DNA of 56,103 nucleotides from an uncultured Solirubrobacteraceae bacterium (lineage in GTDB: Bacteria; Actinomycetota; Thermoleophilia; Solirubrobacterales; Solirubrobacteraceae), in contig CAZPQW010000022.1 of NCBI GenBank assembly GCA_964588985.1, forward strand, positions 1-56,103, read 5' to 3'. Under the pieces are notes generated by a model. It was not told where the DNA came from. It did no database searches and worked only from the letters and a program-made list of their open reading frames with translations. Shown here piece by piece: positions 8,464-18,540 of the stretch (positions are counted from its first letter, which is position 1; each line of letters opens with the position of its first letter). A program made the position numbers and the translations under genes.

Positions 8464-10485
8464 TCACTTCTTGTGTTTGTGCTTGGCAGGTGTGATCGCG
8501 ATGGTCCGTGTCGCCAGCTCGACGCCGCCGGCCGTCCTGTCGGAGACGAGGAGCTTTGCGCTCGAGCGCCCGTGGTGGACGGCGAGGAAGCGCTTGCCCG
8601 CCTTCGACAGGTGGATGGTCAGTTTGTGCGCGCCCTTGCTCGTGATCGTGAACTTGCCGACTCCGAGCGTCACGGTCCTCGTGTGTCGATGGCCTTTCCT
8701 GCGTGCGGCGGACGCTTTGCCGGTCGTTTCGGTCGCGGTGATGGTGATCGTGACGGTGCACGGGAGGACTTCGCAGGTGATGGTGACGGTCACGGTCGTG
8801 CCGGCGCTCGAGCCGCTGCCGCTGATCGTCGCTGGCGGTCCCACGGTCAGCACCTCCGAGCCGCAGGCGCTCGTGCTCGGGGCGTTGCCCCGCACGCCTT
8901 CGAGCGTGCCTGCGTTGCCGCTGTAGGACGCCTGCCAGTAGTAGGCGCCCGGTGTGAGGGCGGCGGTGACAGCGGCCGACGGAGCCGCCACGCCGGCGGT
9001 GACGGCGACCGCGCCACCGCTGAACACCTTGCTCGACGCAGCGCATGTCGGGGAGGAGTAGAGGCTGTAGGTGACGGTCCCGCCGGCGAAGGCGGCGTTC
9101 GCTCCTGAGACGGTCGCTCTGTCGGTCTCGCCGACCGTCCCGGCGGGCACGGCGATCGATGTGCCGGTCGTGGTGCCCGAGGTCTGGCTGGTGGTGATCG
9201 TGTCGGGTGCTGGCGGCGCGATCGAGTCGGCCGCGACGAACTGCTGCACGTAGACGGATTCGCCGGCTGTCCAGGTGGCCCAGCCCTGTCCGGCGGCGCC
9301 GACGGAGCTGGCCAACTCACTGGCGCCCGAGGCGTTCAGCGTCGCCGGGCCCGCCCAGGTGGCGCCACCGTTGGCGCTGTAGGCGAGCCGGGCTTCGCCG
9401 AGGCCGGCGCGATAGGTCGTGTAGACGCCACCGGCCCCGTCCTGTGAGACCGACGCCGACTGCTCGCCTTCCTGGGAGATCGTCACGTAGGGGGTGTCGA
9501 AGGAGTCGGTCGTCTGGTCGAAGCGGTGGTAGACCGTGGCGTTCCGCGTGAGATCGTCCTCGACCACGCCGAGCCCGCTCGGACCGCCGCCGACGGCTGG
9601 GTACTCGACTTCGCAGTCGCCGGGCGAGAGAGGCGCCCTCCAGGCGCTGTTCGGTTCGCCGGGAGAGATGTTGTAGCTGTTGCTCGCGCTCTGCGCTCCG
9701 CTGCCGTAGACGAAGGCGGTGTCGAACGTGCCGCTCGAGCAGCCGGGCTTGCCGAGCGTTTCGTAGACCCCGAGCACGCCCGGGTTGCTTCCGGACTGGG
9801 CGGCGATGGCGCCCGGCTCGTTGCTGAGCAGATGTTCGCTCGCTTCGGATTGAAGCGTCGCGAACGGGCAGGTGTGGCCTGCCTTGATCGAGCACTGGGT
9901 CGGCGAGGTGAGCGGGAACGCGGCGAACGTCGGGGGTCCAGCGGCGGTGACCCAGGCATAGCCGAGCACGTTGGTTCCAGGCACGATCACCGCGCCGAGG
10001 GGCACGGTGTCCGCGCTGAGGATTCCCTCGACCACGGACTTGCCGCCGTTCGTCGCGCTGAATGTCGCTCCGCCGTCGGTCGACGTCCACTCCTGCTCGG
10101 GCTCGTATTCTTCGCCGCCCCCGAAGACGTCGGCCAGCAGCACGACGGTCGAGCCGTCGACGAGGATCCTGACCCCGTCGATGTATTCGGTGCCGCCCGC
10201 CGGGTTGAGCACGCCGGAGTGCGAGCATCCGGTCGCGCCGGCCGGGATGACGCAGTAGTGGACGTTGTAGGGAGGACCGGCTTCGTCGGCGAAGGCGACG
10301 TACGCCGTGCCGGCGCTGTCGACGGCGATCGACGGAGGGCCGCCGTGCGCGAGTTCGGCGATTTTGATCGGGCTGCCACTGAGCGCCAGGGCGTTCGTCG
10401 CGGTCGCGAGCGTCAAGACACCCGCAAGGCACGCGCCCAGCAGGATGGCGGACAGGTTCCGTGCGCTGCTGCCCGTGGTGCCCAT
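8464..10485 (-). CDS. Secreted Asp-box (BNR) beta-propeller protein with Ig-like region and basic C-terminal domain
   Basis: Signal peptide ending ALA; Asp-boxes STDGGATF and SANGGATW; Thr-rich beta region; ends KHKHKK. Confidence 0.8.
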   Translation of the reverse strand: MGTTGSSARNLSAILLGACLAGVLTLATATNALALSGSPIKIAELAHGGPPSIAVDSAGTAYVAFADEAGPPYNVHYCVIPAGATGCSHSGVLNPAGGTEYIDGVRILVDGSTVVLLADVFGGGEEYEPEQEWTSTDGGATFSATNGGKSVVEGILSADTVPLGAVIVPGTNVLGYAWVTAAGPPTFAAFPLTSPTQCSIKAGHTCPFATLQSEASEHLLSNEPGAIAAQSGSNPGVLGVYETLGKPGCSSGTFDTAFVYGSGAQSASNSYNISPGEPNSAWRAPLSPGDCEVEYPAVGGGPSGLGVVEDDLTRNATVYHRFDQTTDSFDTPYVTISQEGEQSASVSQDGAGGVYTTYRAGLGEARLAYSANGGATWAGPATLNASGASELASSVGAAGQGWATWTAGESVYVQQFVAADSIAPPAPDTITTSQTSGTTTGTSIAVPAGTVGETDRATVSGANAAFAGGTVTYSLYSSPTCAASSKVFSGGAVAVTAGVAAPSAAVTAALTPGAYYWQASYSGNAGTLEGVRGNAPSTSACGSEVLTVGPPATISGSGSSAGTTVTVTITCEVLPCTVTITITATETTGKASAARRKGHRHTRTVTLGVGKFTITSKGAHKLTIHLSKAGKRFLAVHHGRSSAKLLVSDRTAGGVELATRTIAITPAKHKHKK

Positions 10486-10600
10486 CTGGCGATCCCCCTT
10501 GTGCTCCACCGCAACGGGAGGTACCCGATGAGGACGGTTAGTGGCTTTTCCGTGAGTTGCGGGGAAACACTACCCAGCTTGGCTGACAATGCACGCACAC

Positions 10601-10627
10601 GACGGGGCGCCCAATGGGCGCCCCGTC
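10601..10627 (-). terminator. Perfect 12-bp hairpin downstream of 10656..12434
   Basis: GACGGGGCGCCC-AAT-GGGCGCCCCGTC, about 30 nt past the stop codon. Confidence 0.65.
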
Positions 10628-10655
10628 TGCCATGCGTGTGGTTGCGGCGTGTGAG

Positions 10656-12434
10656 CTAGTGGTGCCGCTTGCCTTTGACCTTCACGTGGAAGATCCGGAC
10701 CGTCGGTTTGCCGCCGAGCGCCGAGGTGTAGGTCAGCGTCGCGGTGAGCGTGACCGTCTTGCCTTTCTTCAGCAGCCGCTTGACCTTGCTCGAGGGCTTG
10801 ATCGTGATTTTGAGCGGGACGCCGGCCACGCCTTTGGCCGTCACCCTGCCCGAGACCGTGTTGGCCGGGCGGCACTTGCCCTTGATCCTCACCAGGCCTT
10901 TCTTGCACCGTTTGCTCTTGGCCGCGATCGCGTTGCTCGCGATGGAGGCCGTTGGCACCGTCACCACGACGTTCGCGGTGCCGGCCTGCGTGGGCACGAA
11001 CACGATCGTGACCGTCCCGTCGGCGTTGGCGTGGATGCTCTGGACCGTGTAGCCGCTGTTGGCGGCGGGGAGCCAGGTGATCTGCGCCGCGGACGACGGG
11101 TCCTGCGGTGCCTGCACGCCGGTGCCGGCGAGGTCGAGGAACATCTGCATCGTGTCGAGTCCCGCGGCGGCTCCGACGTAGCTGATGCTCGCCACTCCGG
11201 ACGCGTTGGTCGTCACGCTGCCGGATTTCGGGTTCGCGCCGCCGATCGAGTACACGAGCGGACGGTTGGCGTAGGGGGTGCCCACGTTGTCCGTGGCGGT
11301 CACCGTGACCGTGCCGGTCTGTCCGACCGTGAGCGTCTGGTTGACCGGCTGTACGCCGAGCGTGCTCGGCACCTGGGCGCGGCTCACGATCTTGAACGTG
11401 GCGTGCTGTTCGGCTTTGAGGCCTTCGGTCAGGAACTGATCCCAGCTGACGCCCGCGCCGTTGTCCATCAGGTTCGGGTCGATCGTGTCGTTGAAGACAC
11501 CTTCACCGGGCTGCGGGGAGATGCGCACGGCGTTCCAGATCCCCTGGTCCTGCGGGATGAAGCCTTCGCCGGACACCGGACCGTCCCAGTAGCCCTCCTG
11601 CCAGTTGCTCCAGGGGGAGGACGGCACTTCGAGGAACCCGCCGAGCGTTCCCGTGTTTGGGTTCTGGCCGCCGATGAAGCGCGGCGGGCCTCCGAGGAAC
11701 ACGCCCGTGCCATGGTCGTCGTTGGCCACGAACAGGTCGCCTGCGACGATCGCGTGGAAGCGGATCGTCGCTGCCGGTTTCGCCGGTTTGAGACCGCCGG
11801 ACACCGCCATGCCCGTGATGTTCTGCACGTCGTAGGTCGCCGTGAACTGCGGCTGGCCGTTGACGTACTGCGTCGTGACCGTCACCACCGCGAAGTCGGT
11901 TTTCGTTTCTTCTTCGCTCACCTTGAACTTGGTGACCTCGGTGTAGGGGTCCGCTTCCGTGCCGCTGCCCGTCACCGCGCCCTGTTCGATGGCGGTGTAT
12001 TCCCTACCGCCCGTCGGGGCGGACGTGATGTGCGGTCCCGCTGCTCCCGAGAACCCGTACACGGTTCCTTCTTCGCCTTCGCCCAGCAGTGCTTTGGGGT
12101 TCGACGATTTGGCTGGGAAGGCGAGGAAGAAGCCGCAGTCTCCGAGCGTGCCGCTCGGCGGGTAGAAGTTCACTCCGACGTTTGCGTAGCTCGACTGGCA
12201 CTCGCCGAGCGAGCCGACCGAGACGATCAACGGGCCTCCGGACAGCGTGACGGTGCCGTCGGCCGAGGCGCTCGCGGCGAACGCGCAGAGCCCGACGGTT
12301 GCGAGCACCAGAGCCGCGAAGGCTCGGGGTCGGCTTCTGCGTTGGCCCGCGGATCGCGAGCTCTCGACCGTCCTCGGTTCGATGAGGAGTGCGGGCGTGC
12401 GTGAGCCTCGCCCACTGCTTGCGTTGGTGCTCAT
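10656..12434 (-). CDS. Secreted protein with Ig-like (Big_1-like) domain and basic C-terminal domain
   Basis: AAGGAGG RBS; signal peptide ending ASA; acidic beta-rich body; TVTVTATDNVG.P...TTNASGVASISY; ends KVKGKRHH. Confidence 0.8.
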   Translation of the reverse strand: MSTNASSGRGSRTPALLIEPRTVESSRSAGQRRSRPRAFAALVLATVGLCAFAASASADGTVTLSGGPLIVSVGSLGECQSSYANVGVNFYPPSGTLGDCGFFLAFPAKSSNPKALLGEGEEGTVYGFSGAAGPHITSAPTGGREYTAIEQGAVTGSGTEADPYTEVTKFKVSEEETKTDFAVVTVTTQYVNGQPQFTATYDVQNITGMAVSGGLKPAKPAATIRFHAIVAGDLFVANDDHGTGVFLGGPPRFIGGQNPNTGTLGGFLEVPSSPWSNWQEGYWDGPVSGEGFIPQDQGIWNAVRISPQPGEGVFNDTIDPNLMDNGAGVSWDQFLTEGLKAEQHATFKIVSRAQVPSTLGVQPVNQTLTVGQTGTVTVTATDNVGTPYANRPLVYSIGGANPKSGSVTTNASGVASISYVGAAAGLDTMQMFLDLAGTGVQAPQDPSSAAQITWLPAANSGYTVQSIHANADGTVTIVFVPTQAGTANVVVTVPTASIASNAIAAKSKRCKKGLVRIKGKCRPANTVSGRVTAKGVAGVPLKITIKPSSKVKRLLKKGKTVTLTATLTYTSALGGKPTVRIFHVKVKGKRHH

Positions 12435-12576
12435 CTCTCGGAACCTCCTTGTGTCGCGCGCTTTCTTGGAGACGACCGCGACACCCCAGTTGGTTGGATC
12501 AGTTCAGCAGCCTACAGCGTTACACGTCCCGTCCAGGCTGGCTTGGACGCGTGGCCGAGGTCACCGAAGCGGATAT

Positions 12577-14364
12577 CTACCCAAACGTGAACGCGTAGCC
12601 GCTCACTCCCGGCGCGAAGCGAAGCGAGAGGTGGTGGCGCTCATCGCGGGGCAGTGAGACGAGCGAGTACAGCCGCTGCCGGCGGACGACGACCGTACCG
12701 TGGCGGACATCGGCGCCAGCGTCGGCGGATGAGATCGGGCGGCCGTCGAGCAGCACCTGCACCGGCAGCGGGCGTCCGCCGGGGGAGCTGAGCACGAGGT
12801 AGGCGTTCTTGGCCTCGAACTCCAGGTCGATGCCCGCGCCGGCGATCGCGGTGGCGGGCTGCTTGGCGATGCTCCACGTGCCGCTGTAGGCGAAGTCGTT
12901 GAGCTTCAGTTCGCCGGTGGCCGGCGGGCCGTAGTCGCGCTGGCCGGACCTCGGGCCGTCGATCCATCCCTGCGCGCGCTCGGTCCCGAGATAGGTCTCG
13001 GGGGTGGCGACTTCGGAGGGCACGACCACGTCCGTGGGGTGGCTCTTGCCGCCAAGCTGCGCGCCCGCTTCGGCGAGCAGCGCGCGGATGGCGGTTTCGG
13101 TCTTGTCGTAGTCGCCCTCGCCGATCGCGGTGTAGCGGACCTGGCCGTGGGCGTCGATGAGGTAGTCGGCGGGCCAGGCTTCGTTGGCGTAGGCGTTCCA
13201 GGTGCCCATGTCGTTGTCCTGGACGACGGGGTAGCGCAGGCCGAACTGCCCGATCGCGTCCTTGACGTTGCTCGCTTCGTGCTCGAACGCGAACTCGGGC
13301 GTGTGCACGCCGACGATCGTGAGGCCGTCGCGGCGATAGGCGGCGTCCCATGCCTTCAGGTAGGGGAGCGTGCGGATGCAGTTGATGCACGTGTAGGTCC
13401 AGAAGTCGACGAGCACCACCCGGCCGCGCAGCGAGGCGAGCGTCAGCGGCCGATCACCCGGCGTGTTGAACCAGTCCTGGGTGTCGGTGAACTCGGGCGC
13501 GGGGCCGAGGGCTTGAAGCGAGCGCGCGTCGGCGAGCAGCTCGGCCTGGGAGGCGTCGCGGGCGGCGACGTGGATCTTGGTGGAGGAGGAGCCGCAGGCG
13601 GAGGACCCGTTGGCGGGCGCGAACTTGGCGTGGCGGCCGGTGATCTGATGCAGCCTGCCGGTGACCGTGCCGGAGCACTCGAGCGCGGCCGTGAGGTTGA
13701 CGTCGGGGATGTTCTTGGCGACGAACTGGTCGAAGGTGATGTCGAGGTTGCTGAGCATCGCGACCGCGGTGAGCACCATGATCGTGCCGAGCGCGCGTTG
13801 CAGCAGCGGTCCGCGCCCGGCGCTTCGGACGCGGTCGAAGATGCGTCGGCCGCCGAGGCAGAGCGCGAGCAGCACGATCGCCGAGCCGGCGGCGTAGGCG
13901 AGCGCGAGCGTGATCGTGCGGCCCGAGGCGGCGCTGACGGAGATCACCGCGGCGAGGATCGGGCTCGCGCACGGCGTGTAGACGAAGCCGAGCGCGCCGC
14001 CCACGAGCAGCCCGGAGGCGAACCCGTCCCCGCGGGTGCGCGGCCCGAAGCGCGCGAGCCGAGACAGCGGCGCCTCCAACCGCGCGGCCACGTCGGGAAC
14101 GAACAGGACGGCGCCGAACGCGAGCAGCACGACGATCGCGACGTAGCGCAGCGGGTCGCTGCCCAGGCCGACGCCGTCGACGACGCTCGCGAGCCCGACG
14201 ATCGTGACGGTGAACGTGATCGACAGGCCGAGCACGATGCCGAGCGGCCGCCGCCGTCCGCCGACGCCGCCGGCGGACAGCAGCGCGGGCAGCACCGGGA
14301 GCACGCAAGGCGAGAGCGCTGTACCGGCGCCCGCGAGCACGGCGAAGAGGAGGAGCACGATCAT
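12577..14364 (-). CDS. dipZ: Cytochrome c biogenesis protein DipZ (CcdA/DsbD membrane domain plus thioredoxin)
   Basis: SPCVLPVLP and YTPCASPIL in TM region; DFWTYTCINC, GVHTPEF; C-terminal YAFTFG. Confidence 0.9.
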   Translation of the reverse strand: MIVLLLFAVLAGAGTALSPCVLPVLPALLSAGGVGGRRRPLGIVLGLSITFTVTIVGLASVVDGVGLGSDPLRYVAIVVLLAFGAVLFVPDVAARLEAPLSRLARFGPRTRGDGFASGLLVGGALGFVYTPCASPILAAVISVSAASGRTITLALAYAAGSAIVLLALCLGGRRIFDRVRSAGRGPLLQRALGTIMVLTAVAMLSNLDITFDQFVAKNIPDVNLTAALECSGTVTGRLHQITGRHAKFAPANGSSACGSSSTKIHVAARDASQAELLADARSLQALGPAPEFTDTQDWFNTPGDRPLTLASLRGRVVLVDFWTYTCINCIRTLPYLKAWDAAYRRDGLTIVGVHTPEFAFEHEASNVKDAIGQFGLRYPVVQDNDMGTWNAYANEAWPADYLIDAHGQVRYTAIGEGDYDKTETAIRALLAEAGAQLGGKSHPTDVVVPSEVATPETYLGTERAQGWIDGPRSGQRDYGPPATGELKLNDFAYSGTWSIAKQPATAIAGAGIDLEFEAKNAYLVLSSPGGRPLPVQVLLDGRPISSADAGADVRHGTVVVRRQRLYSLVSLPRDERHHLSLRFAPGVSGYAFTFG

Positions 14365-14400
14365 GGTCCTGGACCTACAGTCTGGCGAGCGCCGCCGGCG

Positions 14401-15366
14401 TTACGCGCCGATGCCGGCGCGCAGCGTGGCGTCGAAGTCCGACTTGGCGATCGGGCCGACGCACGGCGAGGTTGCGCCCGCGTCGCGGTAGCGCTCGATG
14501 CCGGCGGTGACCGCGGACTGATCGCCGACCGCGGTGAGCTCCCGCAGGAACTCCTCGGAGATCGCCGCCTGCATCGCGTCCATGTCTCCCGCCGCCGTGT
14601 CGTAGCGCTCGATGTCCGCGCCGAAGCCGGTGCGCTCGATCATCGCGCGGTAGAACGGCAGGCCGAAGTAGGGCATGAGGTCCTTGCGCATCGCCGCGTA
14701 CGCGCTCTGCGGGTCGTCGGTCATGGCGGTTGGCACGGCGGGGACGATGTCGAAGCCGTCGAGCGTGAGGCCCGCGCGTTCGCGCCCCGCTCTCACCTCG
14801 GGGACGACCACGTCGCGGATGTAGCTGGGGTTGCACAGCCACAGCAGCACGCCGTCGGCGATCTCGCCGGCGAGGCGGAGCATCGCGGGGGAGAGCGCGG
14901 CGATGTAGATGGGGAGCGCCGGGCGCGGGTCGAGGCCGAAGAGGCGAAAGCCGGTCTGCCACTTCTCGCCCTGCGGCGGGTCCTCACCGCGCAGGATGGC
15001 GCGCACGATCTCGGTGTACTCGCGCATCTCCGCGACGGGGTGGTCGATCTTCTGCCCGTGCCAGCCCTCGACGACGGGGCGATGGGAGACCCCGAGCCCG
15101 AGCGTGAGGCGCCCGTCTGAGAGCTCGTCGATGGTGGCGGCGGTCTGGGCCATGGTGGCGGGCGTACGCGTGTAGATCGGCACGACGCCGGTGCCGACGC
15201 GAATGGTGCTGGTGGACATCGCGTAGGCGGTGAGCACGGTGAGCGACTCGCGCCCGGCGATGTGCGTGACGTAGACGGTCTCGTAGCCGAGTGACTCGGC
15301 GAGCCTGACCCGCTCGATCGCCTCCCCGAGCGAGCGCCCGGTCGATATGAAGCAGCCGGTAGCCAT
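14401..15366 (-). CDS. LLM-class (probably F420-dependent) oxidoreductase
   Basis: AESLGY, TSTIRVGTGV.P.YTR.P...A..AATIDELSDGR..LGLG.SH, MLRLAGEIADG; TATGCT 7 nt before ATG. Confidence 0.9.
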   Translation of the reverse strand: MATGCFISTGRSLGEAIERVRLAESLGYETVYVTHIAGRESLTVLTAYAMSTSTIRVGTGVVPIYTRTPATMAQTAATIDELSDGRLTLGLGVSHRPVVEGWHGQKIDHPVAEMREYTEIVRAILRGEDPPQGEKWQTGFRLFGLDPRPALPIYIAALSPAMLRLAGEIADGVLLWLCNPSYIRDVVVPEVRAGRERAGLTLDGFDIVPAVPTAMTDDPQSAYAAMRKDLMPYFGLPFYRAMIERTGFGADIERYDTAAGDMDAMQAAISEEFLRELTAVGDQSAVTAGIERYRDAGATSPCVGPIAKSDFDATLRAGIGA

Positions 15367-15398
15367 CCGGCGCAGCATATGCGTTCAGCGCGTGGTGC

Positions 15399-15554
15399 TC
15401 AGCGCTTGAGCAGCACGTACACGGTGCTGGCGGCGAACGCCATCTGCCCGAACGCGAGCGCGGTGCCGAGGTTGGGGGCGCCGAGCGCGCCGGCGAGGGC
15501 GCTGGCGAGCGCGAACGCTCCGACGACGATCGCGAGGTCGCGGAGCGTCTTCAT
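15399..15554 (-). CDS. Small two-TM membrane protein
   Basis: 51 aa, MKTLRDLAIVVGAF...VYVLLKR; ATGA overlap with meaB. Confidence 0.7.
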   Translation of the reverse strand: MKTLRDLAIVVGAFALASALAGALGAPNLGTALAFGQMAFAASTVYVLLKR

Positions 15555-16504
15555 CCGATCCTCCGCTCGAGCGCGGCGACGAGCGCGGGCACCTCGAGGC
15601 CGGGGTCCTCGGCGGCGAGCAGGCTCTGGGCGGCGCTGCGTCCGCCGAGGGCGCGCAGTCCGTGCTCGCCGTGCTCGACGACGAAGTCCGTTAGTGCGCT
15701 GGCGCGGCGGGTGCGCAGGCGCCGCTCGGCGATGTCGATCCCGGCGCGGTGCTCGTCGAGTGCCTCCACGAGCTCGTCGATGCCGCTCGCCGGTGGCAGC
15801 GAGGAGACGGCGAGCACGCGCGTGCGACTCGAGCCGAGGGAGCGCAGCGCGGCGCTCAGGTCGCGCCGGGTACGCATTGCGATCTGGCCGAGGTCGGCCT
15901 TGGTGACGACGAGCACGTCTGGAGTTTCCATGATCCCGGACTTGAGGAACTGCAGCACGTCCCCGCTTCCAGGCTGCACGACGACGGCGACCGTGTCGGC
16001 CACGTCGGCGACCTCCGTCTCGGCCTGACCGACGCCGACGGTCTCGATCACGACGACATCGAACGCGGCGGCGAGTGCGTGCGCGGCCGCGCGCGTCGCC
16101 CACGCAAGACCACCGAGCCGCTCGCCGGCGGCGGTCGAGCGGATCAGCACCCCGCGGTCGGCGGGGTCGAAGTCGATACGCGCGCGGTCGCCGAGCAACG
16201 AGCCGCCGGAGCGCCGCGAGCTGGGGTCGACGGCGAGCATCGCGACCGTCCTACCGCTGTCGCGCCAGGCACGCAGCAGCGCGGAGAGAAGCGTGGACTT
16301 GCCGGCGCCGGGAGGGCCGGTGATCCCGATCACGTGCCCGGGAGCCTCGCCGCCGAGCGTCGCGGGCGAGACCTCGGCGAGCAGCGCGGCGGCCTGCTCG
16401 CGGTCGGCGGCGGCGGTGCTCTCCAGCAGGTTGAGCGTCGCGGGCGCCGCGCTCAGGTCGCGCTTGCGCAGGCGCGCCCCCAGGGCGGCTCCGGCTTCGC
16501 TCAC
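15551..16504 (-). CDS. meaB: MeaB/ArgK-family GTPase chaperone for B12 mutase
   Basis: GITGPPGAGKST, AVDPSS...GGSLLGDR.R, IETVGVGQAE, KSGIME, VVTKAD; GTGA overlap with the mutase gene. Confidence 0.92.
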   Translation of the reverse strand: MSEAGAALGARLRKRDLSAAPATLNLLESTAAADREQAAALLAEVSPATLGGEAPGHVIGITGPPGAGKSTLLSALLRAWRDSGRTVAMLAVDPSSRRSGGSLLGDRARIDFDPADRGVLIRSTAAGERLGGLAWATRAAAHALAAAFDVVVIETVGVGQAETEVADVADTVAVVVQPGSGDVLQFLKSGIMETPDVLVVTKADLGQIAMRTRRDLSAALRSLGSSRTRVLAVSSLPPASGIDELVEALDEHRAGIDIAERRLRTRRASALTDFVVEHGEHGLRALGGRSAAQSLLAAEDPGLEVPALVAALERRIG

Positions 16505-18534
16505 GCCGAGCCGTTGACGGAGGAGCCGCCGACGGCGATCGGGGTCAGCTGCGCGTCCGCTCCGACGAGCGCGACGATGTCGCGCATGATGCGGTTGATG
16601 TCGAAGTCCTTGGGGGTGTAAACCGCGGCGACGCCCGCGCTCTTCAGCCCCGCGACGTCCTGCTCGGGGATGATCCCGCCGACGACGACCGGAGCTGTGA
16701 CGCCCGACTCGCGCAGCGCGTCGATCACGGCGGGGATCAGCTCGCGGTGCGAGCCGGAGAGGATCGACAGCCCGATCACGTGCACGCCCTCCTGCAGGGC
16801 GGAGGCGGCGATCTGGGCGGGGGTGAGGCGGATGCCTTCGTAGACGACGTCCATGCCGGCGTCGCGCGCGCGCATGGCGATCTGCTCGGCTCCGTTGGAG
16901 TGCCCGTCGAGGCCGGGCTTTCCGACGAGGATCTTGGGCCTGCGCCCGAGCCCCTGCTGCAGCCGCGAGACCTCGTCGCGCAGCTCGTTGAGGTCGGGGT
17001 CCGACGGTGCTGCTGCGGCCTCGCCGACGCCGGTGGGGGCGCGGTAGCTGCCGAACACCTCGCGCAGGGTGCGCGCCCACTCGCCGGTCGTGGCGCCTGC
17101 GCGCGCGGCGGCGATCGTGGGGACCATCAGGTTCTCGCTCGCCTTCGTGTCGCGGGCGATCTTGGCGAGCTGCGCGAGCGCCTCGTCCACCGCGGCCTGG
17201 TCGCGCGCCGAGCGCCAGGCGCGCACCGCGTCGGCCTGCTCGGCTTCGAGCGCGGGGTCGACGACGAGGATGCCGCCCTCGGCGTCGGCGGTGAGCGGCG
17301 AGATCTCCGACTCGGTGAAGCGGTTCTGGCCTACGACGATGTGCTCGCCGGTCTCGATGCGGCGGATGCGCTGGCGGTGGGAGTCGACGAGCGCGCCCTT
17401 CATGTAGGGGACCGCTTCGACCGCGCCGCCGTGCTCGGCGACGACCGCCATCTCGGCGCGCGCGCCGTCGAGCAGCTCCTCGACGAGCCCTTCCATGACC
17501 TTCGATCCCTCGAAGATGTCGGGGTACTCGAGGATGTCGGTCTCGTAGGCGAGCACCTGCTGGATGCGCAGCGACCACTGCTGGTCCCAGGGGCGCGGCA
17601 GTCCGAGCGCCTCGTTCCAGGCGGGCAGCTGGATGGCGCGTGCGCGCGCGTCGCGTCCGAGCGTGACGGCGAGCGCCTCGAGCACGATTCGCTGCACGTT
17701 GTTCTCCGGCTGGGCCTCGGTGAGGCCGAGCGAGTTGACCTGGACGCCGTAGCGGAAGCGCAGGTGGCGCTCGTCGGTGACGCCGTAGCGGTCGCGGCCG
17801 AGCTCTTCCCAGAGGATCGACATCGCGCGGAGCTTCGCGTGCTCCTCGACGAAGCGCACGCCGGCGTTGACGAAGAAGGAGATCCGTCCGAAGACCTTTT
17901 CGAGGCGCTCCGCCGGCACTCGCTCGCGCGCTGCGTCGAGCACGGCGATGGCGTTGCTCATCGCGTAGGCGATCTCCTGCACGGGCGTGGCGCCGGCCTC
18001 CTGCAGGTGATAGGAGCAGATGTTGATCGGGTTCCACTTCGGGACGTGCTCGACGGTGTAGGCGATCATGTCCGCGATCAGGCGCATCGAGGCCGCGGGC
18101 GGGAACGCGTAGGTGCCGCGCGCGAGGAACTCCTTGATGATGTCGTTCTGCGTGGTGCCCTGGAGCTGCTCCTGGCTGACGTCCTGCTCCTCGGCGGCGA
18201 CGATGTAAAGCGCGAGCAGCCACGCGGCGGTCGCGTTGATCGTCATCGACGTGTTCATGTCTCCGAGCGGGATGCCGTCCATCAGCGCGGCCATGTCGCC
18301 ACGGTGCGATACCGGCACGCCGACCTTGCCGACCTCGCCGCGCGCGAGCTCGTCGTCGGGGTCATAGCCGGTCTGGGTGGGCAGGTCGAAGGCGACCGAC
18401 AGCCCCGTCTGGCCCTTCTGCAGGTTGCGCCTATACAGCTCGTTGGAGGCCTTGGCGGTGGAGTGGCCCGCGTAGGTGCGCATCATCCAGGGACGGTCGC
18501 GCTCCGGCAGGCGTACGGAATCGTGTTCGCTCAT
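16501..18534 (-). CDS. ecm: Ethylmalonyl-CoA mutase (MeaA/Ecm), B12-dependent
   Basis: PWMMRTYAGHS, GLSVAFDLPTQTGYD, QNDIIKE, FRYGVQVNSLGLTEAQPENN, RARAIQLPAWNEALGLP; B12 motif KPGLDGHSNG. Confidence 0.95.
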   Translation of the reverse strand: MSEHDSVRLPERDRPWMMRTYAGHSTAKASNELYRRNLQKGQTGLSVAFDLPTQTGYDPDDELARGEVGKVGVPVSHRGDMAALMDGIPLGDMNTSMTINATAAWLLALYIVAAEEQDVSQEQLQGTTQNDIIKEFLARGTYAFPPAASMRLIADMIAYTVEHVPKWNPINICSYHLQEAGATPVQEIAYAMSNAIAVLDAARERVPAERLEKVFGRISFFVNAGVRFVEEHAKLRAMSILWEELGRDRYGVTDERHLRFRYGVQVNSLGLTEAQPENNVQRIVLEALAVTLGRDARARAIQLPAWNEALGLPRPWDQQWSLRIQQVLAYETDILEYPDIFEGSKVMEGLVEELLDGARAEMAVVAEHGGAVEAVPYMKGALVDSHRQRIRRIETGEHIVVGQNRFTESEISPLTADAEGGILVVDPALEAEQADAVRAWRSARDQAAVDEALAQLAKIARDTKASENLMVPTIAAARAGATTGEWARTLREVFGSYRAPTGVGEAAAAPSDPDLNELRDEVSRLQQGLGRRPKILVGKPGLDGHSNGAEQIAMRARDAGMDVVYEGIRLTPAQIAASALQEGVHVIGLSILSGSHRELIPAVIDALRESGVTAPVVVGGIIPEQDVAGLKSAGVAAVYTPKDFDINRIMRDIVALVGADAQLTPIAVGGSSVNGSA

Positions 18535-18540
18535 GCAGTC

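Noticed and set aside
10486-10600. Possible riboswitch in the leader of the Asp-box protein (CCGCAAC/GTTGCGG pairing)
   Set aside because: Pairing is possible, but I could not match it to c-di-GMP, c-di-AMP or cobalamin consensus, and such stems arise by chance at this GC content.
15551-18223. 890-aa ORF as an extended MeaB or a mutase-GTPase fusion (IcmF-like)
   Set aside because: The extension is an Arg-rich off-frame shadow of ecm. MeaB starts at the GTGA overlap at 16504.
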